From Phycisphaerae bacterium (GTDB lineage Bacteria; Planctomycetota; Phycisphaerae; Phycisphaerales; SM1A02), in contig PAAJ01000018.1 of the NCBI GenBank assembly GCA_002702575.1, forward strand, positions 209,328 through 273,327: a DNA stretch of 64,000 nucleotides. The letters run 5' to 3'. Below the pieces are notes generated by a model, which saw only the letters and a list, made by a program, of their open reading frames with translations, made no database searches and had not been told where the DNA came from. Shown here in pieces: positions 25,137 through 35,303 of the stretch. The position numbers and the translations under genes are program-made. Numbering within the stretch: position 1 is the stretch's first letter; each line of letters starts with the position of its first letter.

Positions 25137-27575
25137 TCAGCGTCCTGCTGCGGAAGACCCCGTTTTACCGGGCGGATCCTGCAGGGGCAGGATCCATCGG
25201 ACCATTGCCAGCCCCTCACTCTTCTCGATGTCCTCTCCATTGATCCGCAGGGGAAGGGGCACCTGGCTTTCAGGCAGGAAGCCAGTGACCAGGATGACCG
25301 GTTGACTGAACCACGATGAGAGGTCCAGTTCACGACCGATGGATCGACTCGTGATGGCATGATTGACGTCGCGGGTCTTTCCAGCCGGTCGAATCCAGCG
25401 TGGGGGTTCCAGCTGGTGATAGACGCTCAACGCTTCCAGCGCTCGCCTTCGTTCACCGGCATTCATGGGGTTGGAGATCGATCCGATCTGATTTCGATGA
25501 TCCGAGTACTTGGCCTTGAAGGATCGCTGCAGAGTCGACGTGTCATCCAGCTTGAGGGAATCGAGCATCAATGAGCCACCTTCGGGCAGATCGTCACTCA
25601 GTGCCCAGTGCCACCCGGTCCGTTCCATGCGGCCTGAATCGTCCGGTTCAATCCACGATGTGATCTCGCCATCGATCGATTCCGGTGATCGGGGCATGGC
25701 GTGCTGTTGATCCACGAAGATGATCTGGACATCCTCGAGCAACCCGGGGAGTTTGCTGATGATCGAACCTCTGAGGCTTGTAGCCTGGCCATCACGATCC
25801 CGAACAACATGGATGGGCCTCTGGGGATCCATTCGGAGAAGATCGCCCCAGCTCGTGCCGGCAATCGGTCCTCGCCAGTCGATTTGAAGGGGCGTCGTCG
25901 TCGATCGACTTGGTATCACCAGTCTGTTGAGTCCACCCGTCGTGTCCACGGTGGTCTGTCTTGGATCTGGAAATCCGCTCAATCTGTTCTCACTCGGCTC
26001 CCATGGCAGAATGAGATCGCTGCCATCTCCCTCGATCACCAGTTCGTGATCGGTATAACCAGGCGTGAACAGTGACAGCCAGCTGATGGCTCGTTGCTGA
26101 TCCTGCCCGTGGACGGAATCGATGACGGTCAGATGCCTTGCATGAACAGCCGATTCACGGGACGAGGCGACGATCACCCAGGCGATCACACTGAATATGA
26201 CGGTGGCGCAGAAGAAGATGAACCAGGACAGGTGCAATCTGCGTTGCGACTTGAGAATGGCCCAGCTCACTGGAATGGCGAGCAGCCAATAGGCGATGAA
26301 CAGGAAGAAGGCCGTCAGAAGACCACCGCCCACTTGCTCGATGTCATCGGTCTCGCTCATGATGAGACCGTCATCGACGATTCTCAGTTCCGGTCCTGTC
26401 CGGACCAGTCTTTCCTGTTCACGCAGATCCTTCATCGATCTGGAGAGCGGCGTATCGCTTCGACGGCCGAGGAGACGATTCCAGAAGACATCCGGCTCGG
26501 GAACATGTTCGATGGTGGGGGGATCTTCGACGCCACGTTTCACGGCAGCAGCACGAAGTGACGGTGAGGCGAGATCGACTCCGACGAGACTGAGGTGTCC
26601 ACGGCCGACAGGTCTTTGAACCGCAACGGTGCCGACGTTGCCGAGGGTCCATGCCGCCGTCCAGCCTTCCGACGAGGGTGCGACATCGAATGTGCCATCA
26701 TCATCTCGGAAGACATAGGCCGGCATCGAACCTGCAGGTGCAATCTGCGGAGAACGTTTGGTCAGATCACGGAGCACCGACATGATCGGGACCGTTTCAT
26801 TGATGACAGGCGACCCTGGCATCAGCGATCCCAGCGGACCGTTCTCGCCGGCTCCAAGGCTCCAGGGGTTGCCTGCCTGGGGGAGGATGATCGCGAGATG
26901 ACCACCGCGTTCCATCCATTCAATCAGAGCGGCTTCCTGGGCCGGTGACAATTCGACTTCGGCATTGGTCCAGACGAGGGTGTCAAATGGCCGCAGTCCA
27001 GGCCAGCTGTCGGGAAGGTTGGCAGACACGGCAACCATCCCAAGGGCCGTCGGCTCTGAATGGGCGGATACGTTCTCGACCGTTTCCGACGACTTCTCGT
27101 AGAACTCCAGTCCGGCTGTTCGTGTTCCCACGACACCGATCAAACCGGTATCGCGTGGAATCAGCCGTGGTGAGGCGACAATCGGAGTGAACTGGTAGAC
27201 GCCCAGGTCTCTTTCCGGGCGACCATCCTTGAATTCACGGACACGGATCAATCCCTGTGTTTCCAGACTCGCATCCGGTGGCAGTGGAACGTACAGCCAT
27301 GTCGATTGAGGCTGCCCCGGAGACAAGGCCAGCTGTCTTCCATACGAGATCACATCGCCATCCGTTGTCTCATGGTCCCATTGGACCCAGACGGATGCAT
27401 CCGTTGCCAGTCGGCTTGTCAGTTCGACTTCGATGCCGGTGATTTCGCCGGGTCGAAAAACGTTGCCCGTTCCGTACTGGAGCAGCCGGATATCCAGTGG
27501 GTCCTGAGCATGCGCGGTCAATGGCCCGAGCAGCAGGCAGAGGAGTATCCAGAGAAGGGTGTTCGGCGATCTCAC
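25137..27575 (-). CDS. large hypothetical secreted/membrane protein (812 aa)
   Basis: Signal peptide MRSPNTLLWILLCLLLGPLTAHA and central TM helices (LLTAFFLFIAYWLLAIPVSWAIL, FIFFCATVIFSVIAWVIV). It ends 27 nt upstream of the ABC ATPase gene. Confidence 0.65.
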   Translation of the reverse strand: MRSPNTLLWILLCLLLGPLTAHAQDPLDIRLLQYGTGNVFRPGEITGIEVELTSRLATDASVWVQWDHETTDGDVISYGRQLALSPGQPQSTWLYVPLPPDASLETQGLIRVREFKDGRPERDLGVYQFTPIVASPRLIPRDTGLIGVVGTRTAGLEFYEKSSETVENVSAHSEPTALGMVAVSANLPDSWPGLRPFDTLVWTNAEVELSPAQEAALIEWMERGGHLAIILPQAGNPWSLGAGENGPLGSLMPGSPVINETVPIMSVLRDLTKRSPQIAPAGSMPAYVFRDDDGTFDVAPSSEGWTAAWTLGNVGTVAVQRPVGRGHLSLVGVDLASPSLRAAAVKRGVEDPPTIEHVPEPDVFWNRLLGRRSDTPLSRSMKDLREQERLVRTGPELRIVDDGLIMSETDDIEQVGGGLLTAFFLFIAYWLLAIPVSWAILKSQRRLHLSWFIFFCATVIFSVIAWVIVASSRESAVHARHLTVIDSVHGQDQQRAISWLSLFTPGYTDHELVIEGDGSDLILPWEPSENRLSGFPDPRQTTVDTTGGLNRLVIPSRSTTTPLQIDWRGPIAGTSWGDLLRMDPQRPIHVVRDRDGQATSLRGSIISKLPGLLEDVQIIFVDQQHAMPRSPESIDGEITSWIEPDDSGRMERTGWHWALSDDLPEGGSLMLDSLKLDDTSTLQRSFKAKYSDHRNQIGSISNPMNAGERRRALEALSVYHQLEPPRWIRPAGKTRDVNHAITSRSIGRELDLSSWFSQPVILVTGFLPESQVPLPLRINGEDIEKSEGLAMVRWILPLQDPPGKTGSSAAGR

Positions 27576-27607
27576 GACAACATGGTACGAAGGACCAGCA
27601 GGAAGGA

Positions 27608-29008
27608 TCAGCTGGAAAGCGCCCCGAATGCTTCAACCATGGCCGCATGGCTCCTGACGCCATGTCGGAAGCGTGCAATGGAGAATTCCTCGTTGGGGGA
27701 GTGGACCCGGTCACTGTCGAGACCGAAGCCGACGAGAAGGGAATCGATCCCCAGAATGGACTGGAACGAACCGACGATCGGGAGCGAGCCACCACTGCCG
27801 ATCAGCACGGCATCGTTTTCGAATACCTGATTCATGGCTTGACGCGCCGACTGAAGCCAGGGTGAATCGGTTGCGACACAGATGCCCGGGTTGCATCCAA
27901 ATTCTTCAAACTCCCACCGGCATCCTTCCGGGGTCCGCGCTTCCAGGAACGCTTTCAATGCATCCATGATGACTCGGGGGTCCTGATTGGGAACCATGCG
28001 ACAACTGATCTTGCACGAAGCATGTGCGGCAATGACCGTCTTGGCGCCGGGCCCGGTGTATCCAGCCCAGATGCCATTGATGTCGCAGCTGGGTCTCGCC
28101 CAGACGCGTTCGAGGACGGAATGGGAGGCTTCTCCCATCGATGTCTTCAGGCCCGCCGTCTCCAGGAATCCGGCTTCATCGAAATTCAGTCCCTTCCACT
28201 CCGAAAGCAGGGCTTCGTCGACATCCACGTCGTCGTAGAAGCCATCGATCTGAACTCGACCATGGTCGTCATGCAGCTGGGAGACGATTCGAGTCAGTGC
28301 ATTGATGGGATTGACCACGGCGCCACCGTAGACACCGGAGTGCAGATCGTGTGATGGACCATGCAGGGTTGCCTGGAGATAGATGATGCCACGAAGTCGC
28401 GTGGTGATTGCGGGTGTATCCGGCGTCCACATCCCTGTGTCACTGATGACGCAGACGGCAGACTCGAGTTCCTTGGCGTGTTCATGAAGGAAAGGTTCGA
28501 GGCTGTCGCTTCCGCTCTCCTCTTCACCTTCAAGCAGGATTCTGACCGGTGCTGGTACCGAACCCGTGACTGCTTTCCATGCACGAAAGGCCTCGATGAA
28601 CATCATCAGCTGACCCTTGTCGTCAGCGGCTCCACGGGCAACGATCTTCGGACCTTCTTCGCCATCGACCCGGACAGGTTCGAATGGTGGTGAGTCCCAC
28701 AGCTCGAGTGGATCGGCCGGTTGAACGTCATAGTGTCCGTAGTAGAGGATGTGTGGACCTGTCCCGGGACCATCGTCATGGGCGACGACCATCGGTTGTC
28801 CAGGTGTGGTGTGAACCGTCGTGTCCATGTCGAGCTCCGAGAGGAGATCGCCAGCGAACTGGGCGGCTCTGCGAGTGTCTTCGTCATGTGCTGGATCAGT
28901 GCCGACGCTGGGTATGCGCAGGAAGTCTTCGACTCGTTGTAGTGACTCTTCGAGGTGTTCGTCGATCCAGTTCAGTACGTCTTGAAGCGTGTTGGTCATG
29001 CCGTTCAA
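27608..29008 (-). CDS. M20-family metallopeptidase/dipeptidase
   Basis: YYGHYDVQPA, RGAADDKGQ and LLEGEEESGS motifs. Confidence 0.85.
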   Translation of the reverse strand: MNGMTNTLQDVLNWIDEHLEESLQRVEDFLRIPSVGTDPAHDEDTRRAAQFAGDLLSELDMDTTVHTTPGQPMVVAHDDGPGTGPHILYYGHYDVQPADPLELWDSPPFEPVRVDGEEGPKIVARGAADDKGQLMMFIEAFRAWKAVTGSVPAPVRILLEGEEESGSDSLEPFLHEHAKELESAVCVISDTGMWTPDTPAITTRLRGIIYLQATLHGPSHDLHSGVYGGAVVNPINALTRIVSQLHDDHGRVQIDGFYDDVDVDEALLSEWKGLNFDEAGFLETAGLKTSMGEASHSVLERVWARPSCDINGIWAGYTGPGAKTVIAAHASCKISCRMVPNQDPRVIMDALKAFLEARTPEGCRWEFEEFGCNPGICVATDSPWLQSARQAMNQVFENDAVLIGSGGSLPIVGSFQSILGIDSLLVGFGLDSDRVHSPNEEFSIARFRHGVRSHAAMVEAFGALSS

Positions 29009-29036
29009 ACTCCCTTGAGGAGATGCAGGCTAGCGT

Positions 29037-30173
29037 CTAATGGAACGGAAGGCACTCCGGCATGTCCGACTCCTCGGCTTCCTTGACGCAGATCACCTCG
29101 CCATCCCGCACGGCCATGACAAGCGGGGGGGTCATGATCCAGTTGATTCCTGTGGGCAGTTCCGCCAAACGACAGTCCAGACACGGGTTGTCCAGGAGTC
29201 CATCTGCGGTAAAGCCATCTGCTGTCTCGGGAACTGCCACGAGGGTTGTCGGGACTGGAGAACCGAATCCGAACTGGAACTCGAGAAGCATCTGGCAGTG
29301 ATCGCAGGTTCGACTGTAGTAGATGAGGTACTGCTCGCCCTGATCAAGATCGGGGGGCAGGCCACGTGTGTACTGCACGAGGTCGATGTCGTACACGTTC
29401 TTGCCGACCCAGTCACTGGGATCCAGTTCGTACCAGTCCCGGGGAGGTCTTGCCGACTGCTGTGCCACTTGTGGTGGCGAGGTCGTCTCCCCACTGGTGG
29501 GTTCTGGACGTTCGACTGTGTCACCGAAGACTTCCGGAGCCTCTTCAGCGGATCCGACGAGACCGACCGGGTTCTCGAGTGTCGAGTTGACGATCGTGGG
29601 TCTGTCGAGAACCCATACGAACGCGATGGTGGAAGCGACCAGGAACATGAAGGATGCCTGGGCCAATCCAAGACGAAGCGTTCCTTCCACAGTCAGCTGC
29701 GCCGGCTTGATGGCAATGACCAGGATCAGCAGGACAAGATCAATTGCGAGCATGACCCATGGGGGGGGCGAGAAGCTGCCGAGACATCCGCAATTCGTGA
29801 GATTGCCTGCGATCAACTCGTTGACGAGAACGAGAACAAATGCAGTCAACATCAATACGGACATCAGTCTGGCAAGCTTCGGAACGAAGAGCATGATCGC
29901 GATGGCGGCGATTTCGATTCCAAGCAGAATCGCAAGACTGATCTTGAGATCCAGGCCGATTCCATGAAGGATTGCCCTGAACTGCTTGGGCATGAGAGAG
30001 GGATCGCGGGAAGCGAACTTCAGCAGGACGCCCGCGAGGATCCACGCGGGGACCACGATTCTCACCAGAACCAGACCGAAGAGGTCGAGGCTGTTGCGAT
30101 CAGATCTGTCTTGTACGGCTTCTGCCATGGTGTGTCTTCCAGTGTGATGGTCTTCTCTGGATCCAACGAACAA
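29037..30173 (-). CDS. MauE/DoxX-like membrane domain fused to thioredoxin-like CxxC domain
   Basis: N-terminal TM bundle containing NCGCLGSFSPPPW. The C-terminal soluble part contains YYSRTCDHCQ. Confidence 0.6.
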   Translation of the reverse strand: MFVGSREDHHTGRHTMAEAVQDRSDRNSLDLFGLVLVRIVVPAWILAGVLLKFASRDPSLMPKQFRAILHGIGLDLKISLAILLGIEIAAIAIMLFVPKLARLMSVLMLTAFVLVLVNELIAGNLTNCGCLGSFSPPPWVMLAIDLVLLILVIAIKPAQLTVEGTLRLGLAQASFMFLVASTIAFVWVLDRPTIVNSTLENPVGLVGSAEEAPEVFGDTVERPEPTSGETTSPPQVAQQSARPPRDWYELDPSDWVGKNVYDIDLVQYTRGLPPDLDQGEQYLIYYSRTCDHCQMLLEFQFGFGSPVPTTLVAVPETADGFTADGLLDNPCLDCRLAELPTGINWIMTPPLVMAVRDGEVICVKEAEESDMPECLPFH

Positions 30174-30202
30174 GCGGCGTCTCTATTGTGCTGAAAGTGA
30201 CA

Positions 30203-30805
30203 TCAGCGATCCACGATCCCGCTTTCGATCAGTTCACAGAGATGGTGGATGACCACCTGGTGGGCATCCTGGATGGTCGCCGATCTGTCCGCATCGATGA
30301 CCAGTGAATGGTCGCAGGCGGCCAGGGCGGGCCCGCCGTCTCGGCCCAGAAGCCCCATCGTCGTGATCCCCATCGTCCTGGCGGCGTCCAGAACGCGGAG
30401 GATGTTCTGGCTCTTGCCGGATGTACTCATGACCAGAAGCACGTCACCCTGCCGACCGAGACCCTGGAGGGGGCGCTCGAAGATGGTCTCATAGCCGAAA
30501 TCATTGGCGATGCAGGTCATGGCTGTTGGGTCGGAGACCAGCGAGATCGAGCGAATCGGCGGCCTGTTTCGTTCGTAGCGACCGATCAGTTCTTCCGTGA
30601 GATGCAGAGCCTGTGCTGCTGAACCCCCGTTCCCTGCGGTGAACAGGGTTCCGCCGCTGACCAGCGAGCTCACGATGACTTCACCCAGCCGCATCACATC
30701 CGGGAGCTGGTTCTCCAGGTTGGAGAGTGTCTTGATGGTGACCTGGAGCTGGCTTCGCAACTGCTCGAGCATGGGGGCTGGGATAGGGCTGGAGGAGTTG
30801 GTCAT
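30203..30805 (-). CDS. gmhA: D-sedoheptulose-7-phosphate isomerase (SIS domain)
   Basis: FTAGNGGSAAQALHLTEEL and LVMSTSGKSQNIL. Confidence 0.85.
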   Translation of the reverse strand: MTNSSSPIPAPMLEQLRSQLQVTIKTLSNLENQLPDVMRLGEVIVSSLVSGGTLFTAGNGGSAAQALHLTEELIGRYERNRPPIRSISLVSDPTAMTCIANDFGYETIFERPLQGLGRQGDVLLVMSTSGKSQNILRVLDAARTMGITTMGLLGRDGGPALAACDHSLVIDADRSATIQDAHQVVIHHLCELIESGIVDR

Positions 30806-30928
30806 TCGTCGTCCTGTTCAGTCGCCGGAAGGCGGATAGGAGGCTCCAAGTGGAGTATAGGTCCCTTGCCCGGCCCAGGGGCGTGGGAGGGCCCCGCCTG
30901 CTAGACTTCGTCGTTCGTAATGGAGTGA

Positions 30929-32419
30929 TTGATCATGCGACAGATCCTGATGATGATCATCGTGGCGAGCGGAGTCCTGATGGCTTCACCCCGTCTGATG
31001 GCGAATTCGGAAGCCACCAGCAATCTGGTGGACCAGCTCAATGAGGACGGCACCGTCCGCGGTGAACCATTGGCCAAGGCCTACCGTGTTCTCTTTGATG
31101 CCTATCTCGAGATCACGCCACCCCCTCAGCCAGTCGGGCGATCGTTCAATCAGGGCAACATCTGGCCCGGTATGTCGGGGTGGGACGAGGTCGCTCGATG
31201 GGCCAGCGCCAACAAGGCGATGGTGGATGCCATCATCAAGGCTTCCGAGCGAACTTTCATTGCACTGCCCTACGGCGTCGATCAGGTACCGCCGTCCTAT
31301 GTTGAATCAGGTCTCTGCGTCAACATCGTCATCAATGACGGTCAGCCCATTGTCGACTTCAGATACTTCGAGGCGCTGGACACGATCAGTGCCCTGGCGA
31401 CTGCCGAGATCTACCGTCGCTTCGAGACGGGTGACATCGATGGTGCCCTGGATCTGCTGAATGCAAAGCTGTTCGTTCTCAGGATGTTCTGTGACCGGCA
31501 GTTCATGCAGGAGAAGACGCATACGTTCGAGCTGCTCACGGAATCGCTTTCGAATGCAAGAGACATGTACTGGACGTACATGGATCGAATCAGTGCTGAG
31601 CAGTTCCGGGAAATCTCTCTGCGTCAGCTCCCGTACCTTCGCCCGGATCGGGCCAGGCTGCTGATTCCAGAAGCCGACAGACTGGTAGCGGAAGCTGTTC
31701 TCGAGGAAGTCTTCGACACGGAGACGGGTGATCCGATTCCGGATCGTTTCGTCGATGTCTTCTCCAGGATGCAGTCCAACGGCGAGCCGCTGACCAGATT
31801 GGGGGCAGCCGCCCGCTGGCGTTCGATCGCCGGAAGGCATGCCAGTCATCTGGCATCCAAGGAACGTCTTGAACTCATCTACGATGACTGGTGGAGGCGA
31901 TGGCGCATTCGCAATCGTCAGCTCGCCGAGCTGGAATCGACCCAGTTCGATGATGCGAACCCCATGCGATATGCCGCTGTGCTCATTTCAGTTGAGAATA
32001 TCCAGGAGCTCTTCGATATCCGTAACCGGCTTCGCGTCGCGGTGTATGGAACGGCCATCTCAGCAGGGCTCTGTGGTTTTCACAGGCGATTCGGCGAGTA
32101 TCCGAATGATCAGTCGACCTCCGCTCAGCGTCTGTACGGATCCGAGATTACGAGACAGATCGACAAGGATCCCTACAACTACCTCGAAAAGGTCGATGTC
32201 CTCGGTCCGTTTCATTACCGCAAGCTTGATAAGAAGACGCTTCTCGTAGTCCGAGGTGATCGCCTCTGGCTTGAGGCGGGCGAAGGGCTCCTCTACAGCA
32301 TGGGGCCTGATGAACAGGACGACCGAGGTGAGGAGCACGCCGAGCTGGGAGATGATGCGGACATCATCATCTGGCCTCCAATCAAGGCCCTGCTCCGCAA
32401 GAACGGTTTCATGAACTAG
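30929..32419 (+). CDS. hypothetical secreted protein (496 aa)
   Basis: N-terminal signal MIMRQILMMIIVASGVLMASPRLMA. No recognised family. Confidence 0.6.
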   Translation: MIMRQILMMIIVASGVLMASPRLMANSEATSNLVDQLNEDGTVRGEPLAKAYRVLFDAYLEITPPPQPVGRSFNQGNIWPGMSGWDEVARWASANKAMVDAIIKASERTFIALPYGVDQVPPSYVESGLCVNIVINDGQPIVDFRYFEALDTISALATAEIYRRFETGDIDGALDLLNAKLFVLRMFCDRQFMQEKTHTFELLTESLSNARDMYWTYMDRISAEQFREISLRQLPYLRPDRARLLIPEADRLVAEAVLEEVFDTETGDPIPDRFVDVFSRMQSNGEPLTRLGAAARWRSIAGRHASHLASKERLELIYDDWWRRWRIRNRQLAELESTQFDDANPMRYAAVLISVENIQELFDIRNRLRVAVYGTAISAGLCGFHRRFGEYPNDQSTSAQRLYGSEITRQIDKDPYNYLEKVDVLGPFHYRKLDKKTLLVVRGDRLWLEAGEGLLYSMGPDEQDDRGEEHAELGDDADIIIWPPIKALLRKNGFMN

Positions 32420-32441
32420 CTGACCAACGGGAGCAGCTGCA

Positions 32442-33413
32442 ATGTCGGATGTTGAACAGGTTGTCATCATTGGCAGTGGTCCCGCTGGTTGGACGGCTGC
32501 CATCTACGCTTCTCGAGCCCAGCTCAATCCCATCTGCTACGTCGGTGTTCCCAGACAGGATCCAGCGCCTGTTCTGCCCGGTGGCCAGCTCATGCTGACA
32601 ACGGATGTCGAGAACTATCCGGGGTTTCCCGATGGTGTCGCGGGGCCTGAGATGATGAGCATGTTCCAGAAGCAGGCTGAACGCTTCGGAACCAGGGTTG
32701 TCGGCGAAGACATCGTCTCCTGTGACTTCTCCTCCCGACCCTTCGTCATGAAGACATCCTCCGGCAAGGAAGTTCATGCCAAGGCCGTCATCCTGGCGAC
32801 GGGGGCGACCGCAAACTGGATGGGTCTCGAGAACGAACTTCGTCTGGCCACGTCCGGCGGTGGTGTCAGCGCCTGTGCTGTCTGTGACGGTGCGCTTCCG
32901 ATGTTCCGCGATCAGCCGTTGGGTGTGGTCGGCGGTGGTGACAGTGCGATGGAGGAAGCGCATTACCTCACCAAGTTCGCATCGAAGGTCTACGTCATCC
33001 ATCGTCGTGACGAATTGCGTGCTTCCAAGACCATGCAGAAGAGATTTCTGGACGAACCCAATGCGGAGGTGGTCTGGAATTCCGTCGTCAATGATGTCAC
33101 TGGAGACAGCTCGATCACGGGCGTGGATCTCGAGAACATCGTCACGGGTGAAAAGTCGCATCTGGAATTGAAGGGGCTCTTCGTGGCTATCGGCCATACG
33201 CCAGCCACCGGTTTTCTCGAGGGAAGCGGCATCGAGCTCGACGACAAGAAGTACATCCGTCTGGCCGGACGGGGAAGTGAAACCAATATCGAAGGCGTCT
33301 TTGCGGCAGGTGATGTCGCGGACTCGGTGTATCGCCAGGCCATTACCGCAGCTGGGATGGGATGTCAGGCTGCACTTGATGCAGAGCGATGGTTGGCCGA
33401 GTCGGAATCATGA
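32442..33413 (+). CDS. trxB: thioredoxin-disulfide reductase
   Basis: VIIGSGPAGWTAAIYA, redox centre CAVCDG, GGGDSAMEEA and FAAGDV. Confidence 0.92.
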   Translation: MSDVEQVVIIGSGPAGWTAAIYASRAQLNPICYVGVPRQDPAPVLPGGQLMLTTDVENYPGFPDGVAGPEMMSMFQKQAERFGTRVVGEDIVSCDFSSRPFVMKTSSGKEVHAKAVILATGATANWMGLENELRLATSGGGVSACAVCDGALPMFRDQPLGVVGGGDSAMEEAHYLTKFASKVYVIHRRDELRASKTMQKRFLDEPNAEVVWNSVVNDVTGDSSITGVDLENIVTGEKSHLELKGLFVAIGHTPATGFLEGSGIELDDKKYIRLAGRGSETNIEGVFAAGDVADSVYRQAITAAGMGCQAALDAERWLAESES

Positions 33414-33502
33414 AACACTCTTGGTGACGCTGGCATGAGGCGTGTCGAATCATCGCCGGCGACCATATCCCGTCCAACGAAACGGGTAGAAGGAAACATA
33501 CG

Positions 33503-33907
33503 ATGATGAAGAAGCAGATTGTTCTTGGCGTTCTCGTGCTGTTTGCCCTGTTGATCACAGGCTGTGGTAATCCGGTGGACTCCGCCATCAATGCCATGAA
33601 TGCCGGTGCGGCCAAGGTTGAGAAGGCGATCGAATCCGGTGATCAGAATGCCTTCCTCGCAGGACTTCAGGACATGGCCAATGCGATGGGTGAACTGAAG
33701 CCGGCTGTTCAGTCGATTCCCGGCGACAAGCGTCCGGAAAACATGCGCAAGGCTCAGGACGCTGCCAAGGCATGGACGGCACTGGCGATGTCTCCGAAGT
33801 TCACCGAAATGGCCGAGAAGGTGAAGAACTCACCGCAGTCGCTTCAGCTCACTGAAATCATGCGTCAGATGCAGATCACCATGGAGCGGGACGGCAACCA
33901 GTTCTGA
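33503..33907 (+). CDS. small hypothetical lipoprotein
   Basis: Signal/lipobox LVLFALLITGC. 134-aa helical-looking protein. Confidence 0.6.
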   Translation: MMKKQIVLGVLVLFALLITGCGNPVDSAINAMNAGAAKVEKAIESGDQNAFLAGLQDMANAMGELKPAVQSIPGDKRPENMRKAQDAAKAWTALAMSPKFTEMAEKVKNSPQSLQLTEIMRQMQITMERDGNQF

Positions 33908-33932
33908 ATCCGGTCGCGATCGAAATCCCAGA

Positions 33933-33963
33933 AGCACGTGGCTTTGATGCCACGTGCTTTTTT
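33933..33963 (+). terminator. rho-independent terminator between convergent genes
   Basis: Perfect 10-bp stem AGCACGTGGC / GCCACGTGCT, loop TTTGAT, followed by T5. Confidence 0.75.
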
Positions 33964-35276
33964 CATTCCCCTGTAGACGGATCGTCGGGGGCCAGGCGGG
34001 TCATGATCCTCGCACCCACTGCATCGCCCCAGACATTGACCGTGGTACGGCACATGTCGAGAATCCGGTCCACTCCCAGGATGACGCCGATCGCCGCAAC
34101 TGGAAGGGCCAGGCCGGCCGATTCAAGGGAACCATTGACCGCGGCGATGACGATCACCATGGTGACCAGGCCTGCTGAAGGAATGCCGGCAGCACCCACG
34201 GCAGCCAGGGTTGCCGTGATGACCACGATGAGCAGTTCGGACATGCTCAGATCGATTCCGTACAGCTGGAACAGAAAGACGACAGCCACCGCTTCATAGA
34301 GCGCCGTGCCATCCATGTTGATGGTGGACCCGAGCGGCAGAACGAAATTGGATGCGCGTTTGGAGCAACCGGCTTCCAGTTCGGCCGTTTCCATGGTCAC
34401 GGGAAGCGTGGCGGAACTCGAATCCGTGCCGAACGCCGTGAGCAGGGCCGGCTTCATCTTGGACATGAAGCCGTAGGGATTGATGCCTGTGAACATCCAG
34501 AGAACCAGGGGGAGAACCACAAGCATGTGGAACAGCAGGCCGACAAACACCACGCCCATGTAACTGCCAAGCGGTCCGATCAGTTCTGCCATGCCGATCT
34601 TGCCGACCGTCCATGCAAGCAGGAAGAAGACACCGATGGGTGTCAGCCAGATGACCCACTGGATCAGGATCATGAGTCCCTCGAAGCCGGCGTCGAAGAA
34701 ATCCCGGGCAACCTGTGTTCTGGAACCACCTGCTGCAAGCGCGAGCCCGAGCATCATCGCGAACACGATGAGGCCAAGAGGGCGTCCAGCCGCCATTTCC
34801 TCGATGACATTGGAGGGGATGACCTGCTTGAGGATGTTGGTCCAGGCACCGCCCATGGACTGTCCTTCGACCTTGCCCTTGAGACCGGAATCACCCTGGA
34901 AGGCCGACTGGCCTTCCGCAATGACGGACATGCGGACATCTTCGGGAAGTTCACCTGGTTGAATCAGGGAGACGAGTGTGGTTCCGATGACCACGGCGAT
35001 CAGCATCGTGGCGAAGTAGTAGCCCAACGTCGCGATACCCAGTCGTCCAAGCTTCGAGGGATCACCGATTCGTGTGATGCCGGCTACGACACTGAAGAAG
35101 ATCAGTGGGATCACAAGAAGCTTCAGCGGTCGAATGAGCGTGAGATCGCCGGCGGTCTTGGTCCAATGGGATCCCGTGATGGGTTCTTCACATCCATACA
35201 GCAGGAACTGCCCGTAGAGGGCACCCAGGACCATGCCGAGCACGATGAGGAGCGTCAGAAGATTGGCCTTCTTCAT
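33963..35276 (-). CDS. dicarboxylate/amino acid:cation symporter (DAACS family)
   Basis: SSATLPVT, GTALYEAVAVVFL, AAGIPSAGLVTM and DRILDMCRTTVNVWGD motifs. Confidence 0.88.
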   Translation of the reverse strand: MKKANLLTLLIVLGMVLGALYGQFLLYGCEEPITGSHWTKTAGDLTLIRPLKLLVIPLIFFSVVAGITRIGDPSKLGRLGIATLGYYFATMLIAVVIGTTLVSLIQPGELPEDVRMSVIAEGQSAFQGDSGLKGKVEGQSMGGAWTNILKQVIPSNVIEEMAAGRPLGLIVFAMMLGLALAAGGSRTQVARDFFDAGFEGLMILIQWVIWLTPIGVFFLLAWTVGKIGMAELIGPLGSYMGVVFVGLLFHMLVVLPLVLWMFTGINPYGFMSKMKPALLTAFGTDSSSATLPVTMETAELEAGCSKRASNFVLPLGSTINMDGTALYEAVAVVFLFQLYGIDLSMSELLIVVITATLAAVGAAGIPSAGLVTMVIVIAAVNGSLESAGLALPVAAIGVILGVDRILDMCRTTVNVWGDAVGARIMTRLAPDDPSTGE

Positions 35277-35303
35277 GGCCAGAGCCTAACCGATCGAAGC
35301 TGA

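Noticed and set aside
29040-30194. 384-aa plus-strand ORF opposite the MauE/thioredoxin-like gene.
   Set aside because: Shadow ORF of a membrane protein gene. It is charged and low in complexity, with no motif.
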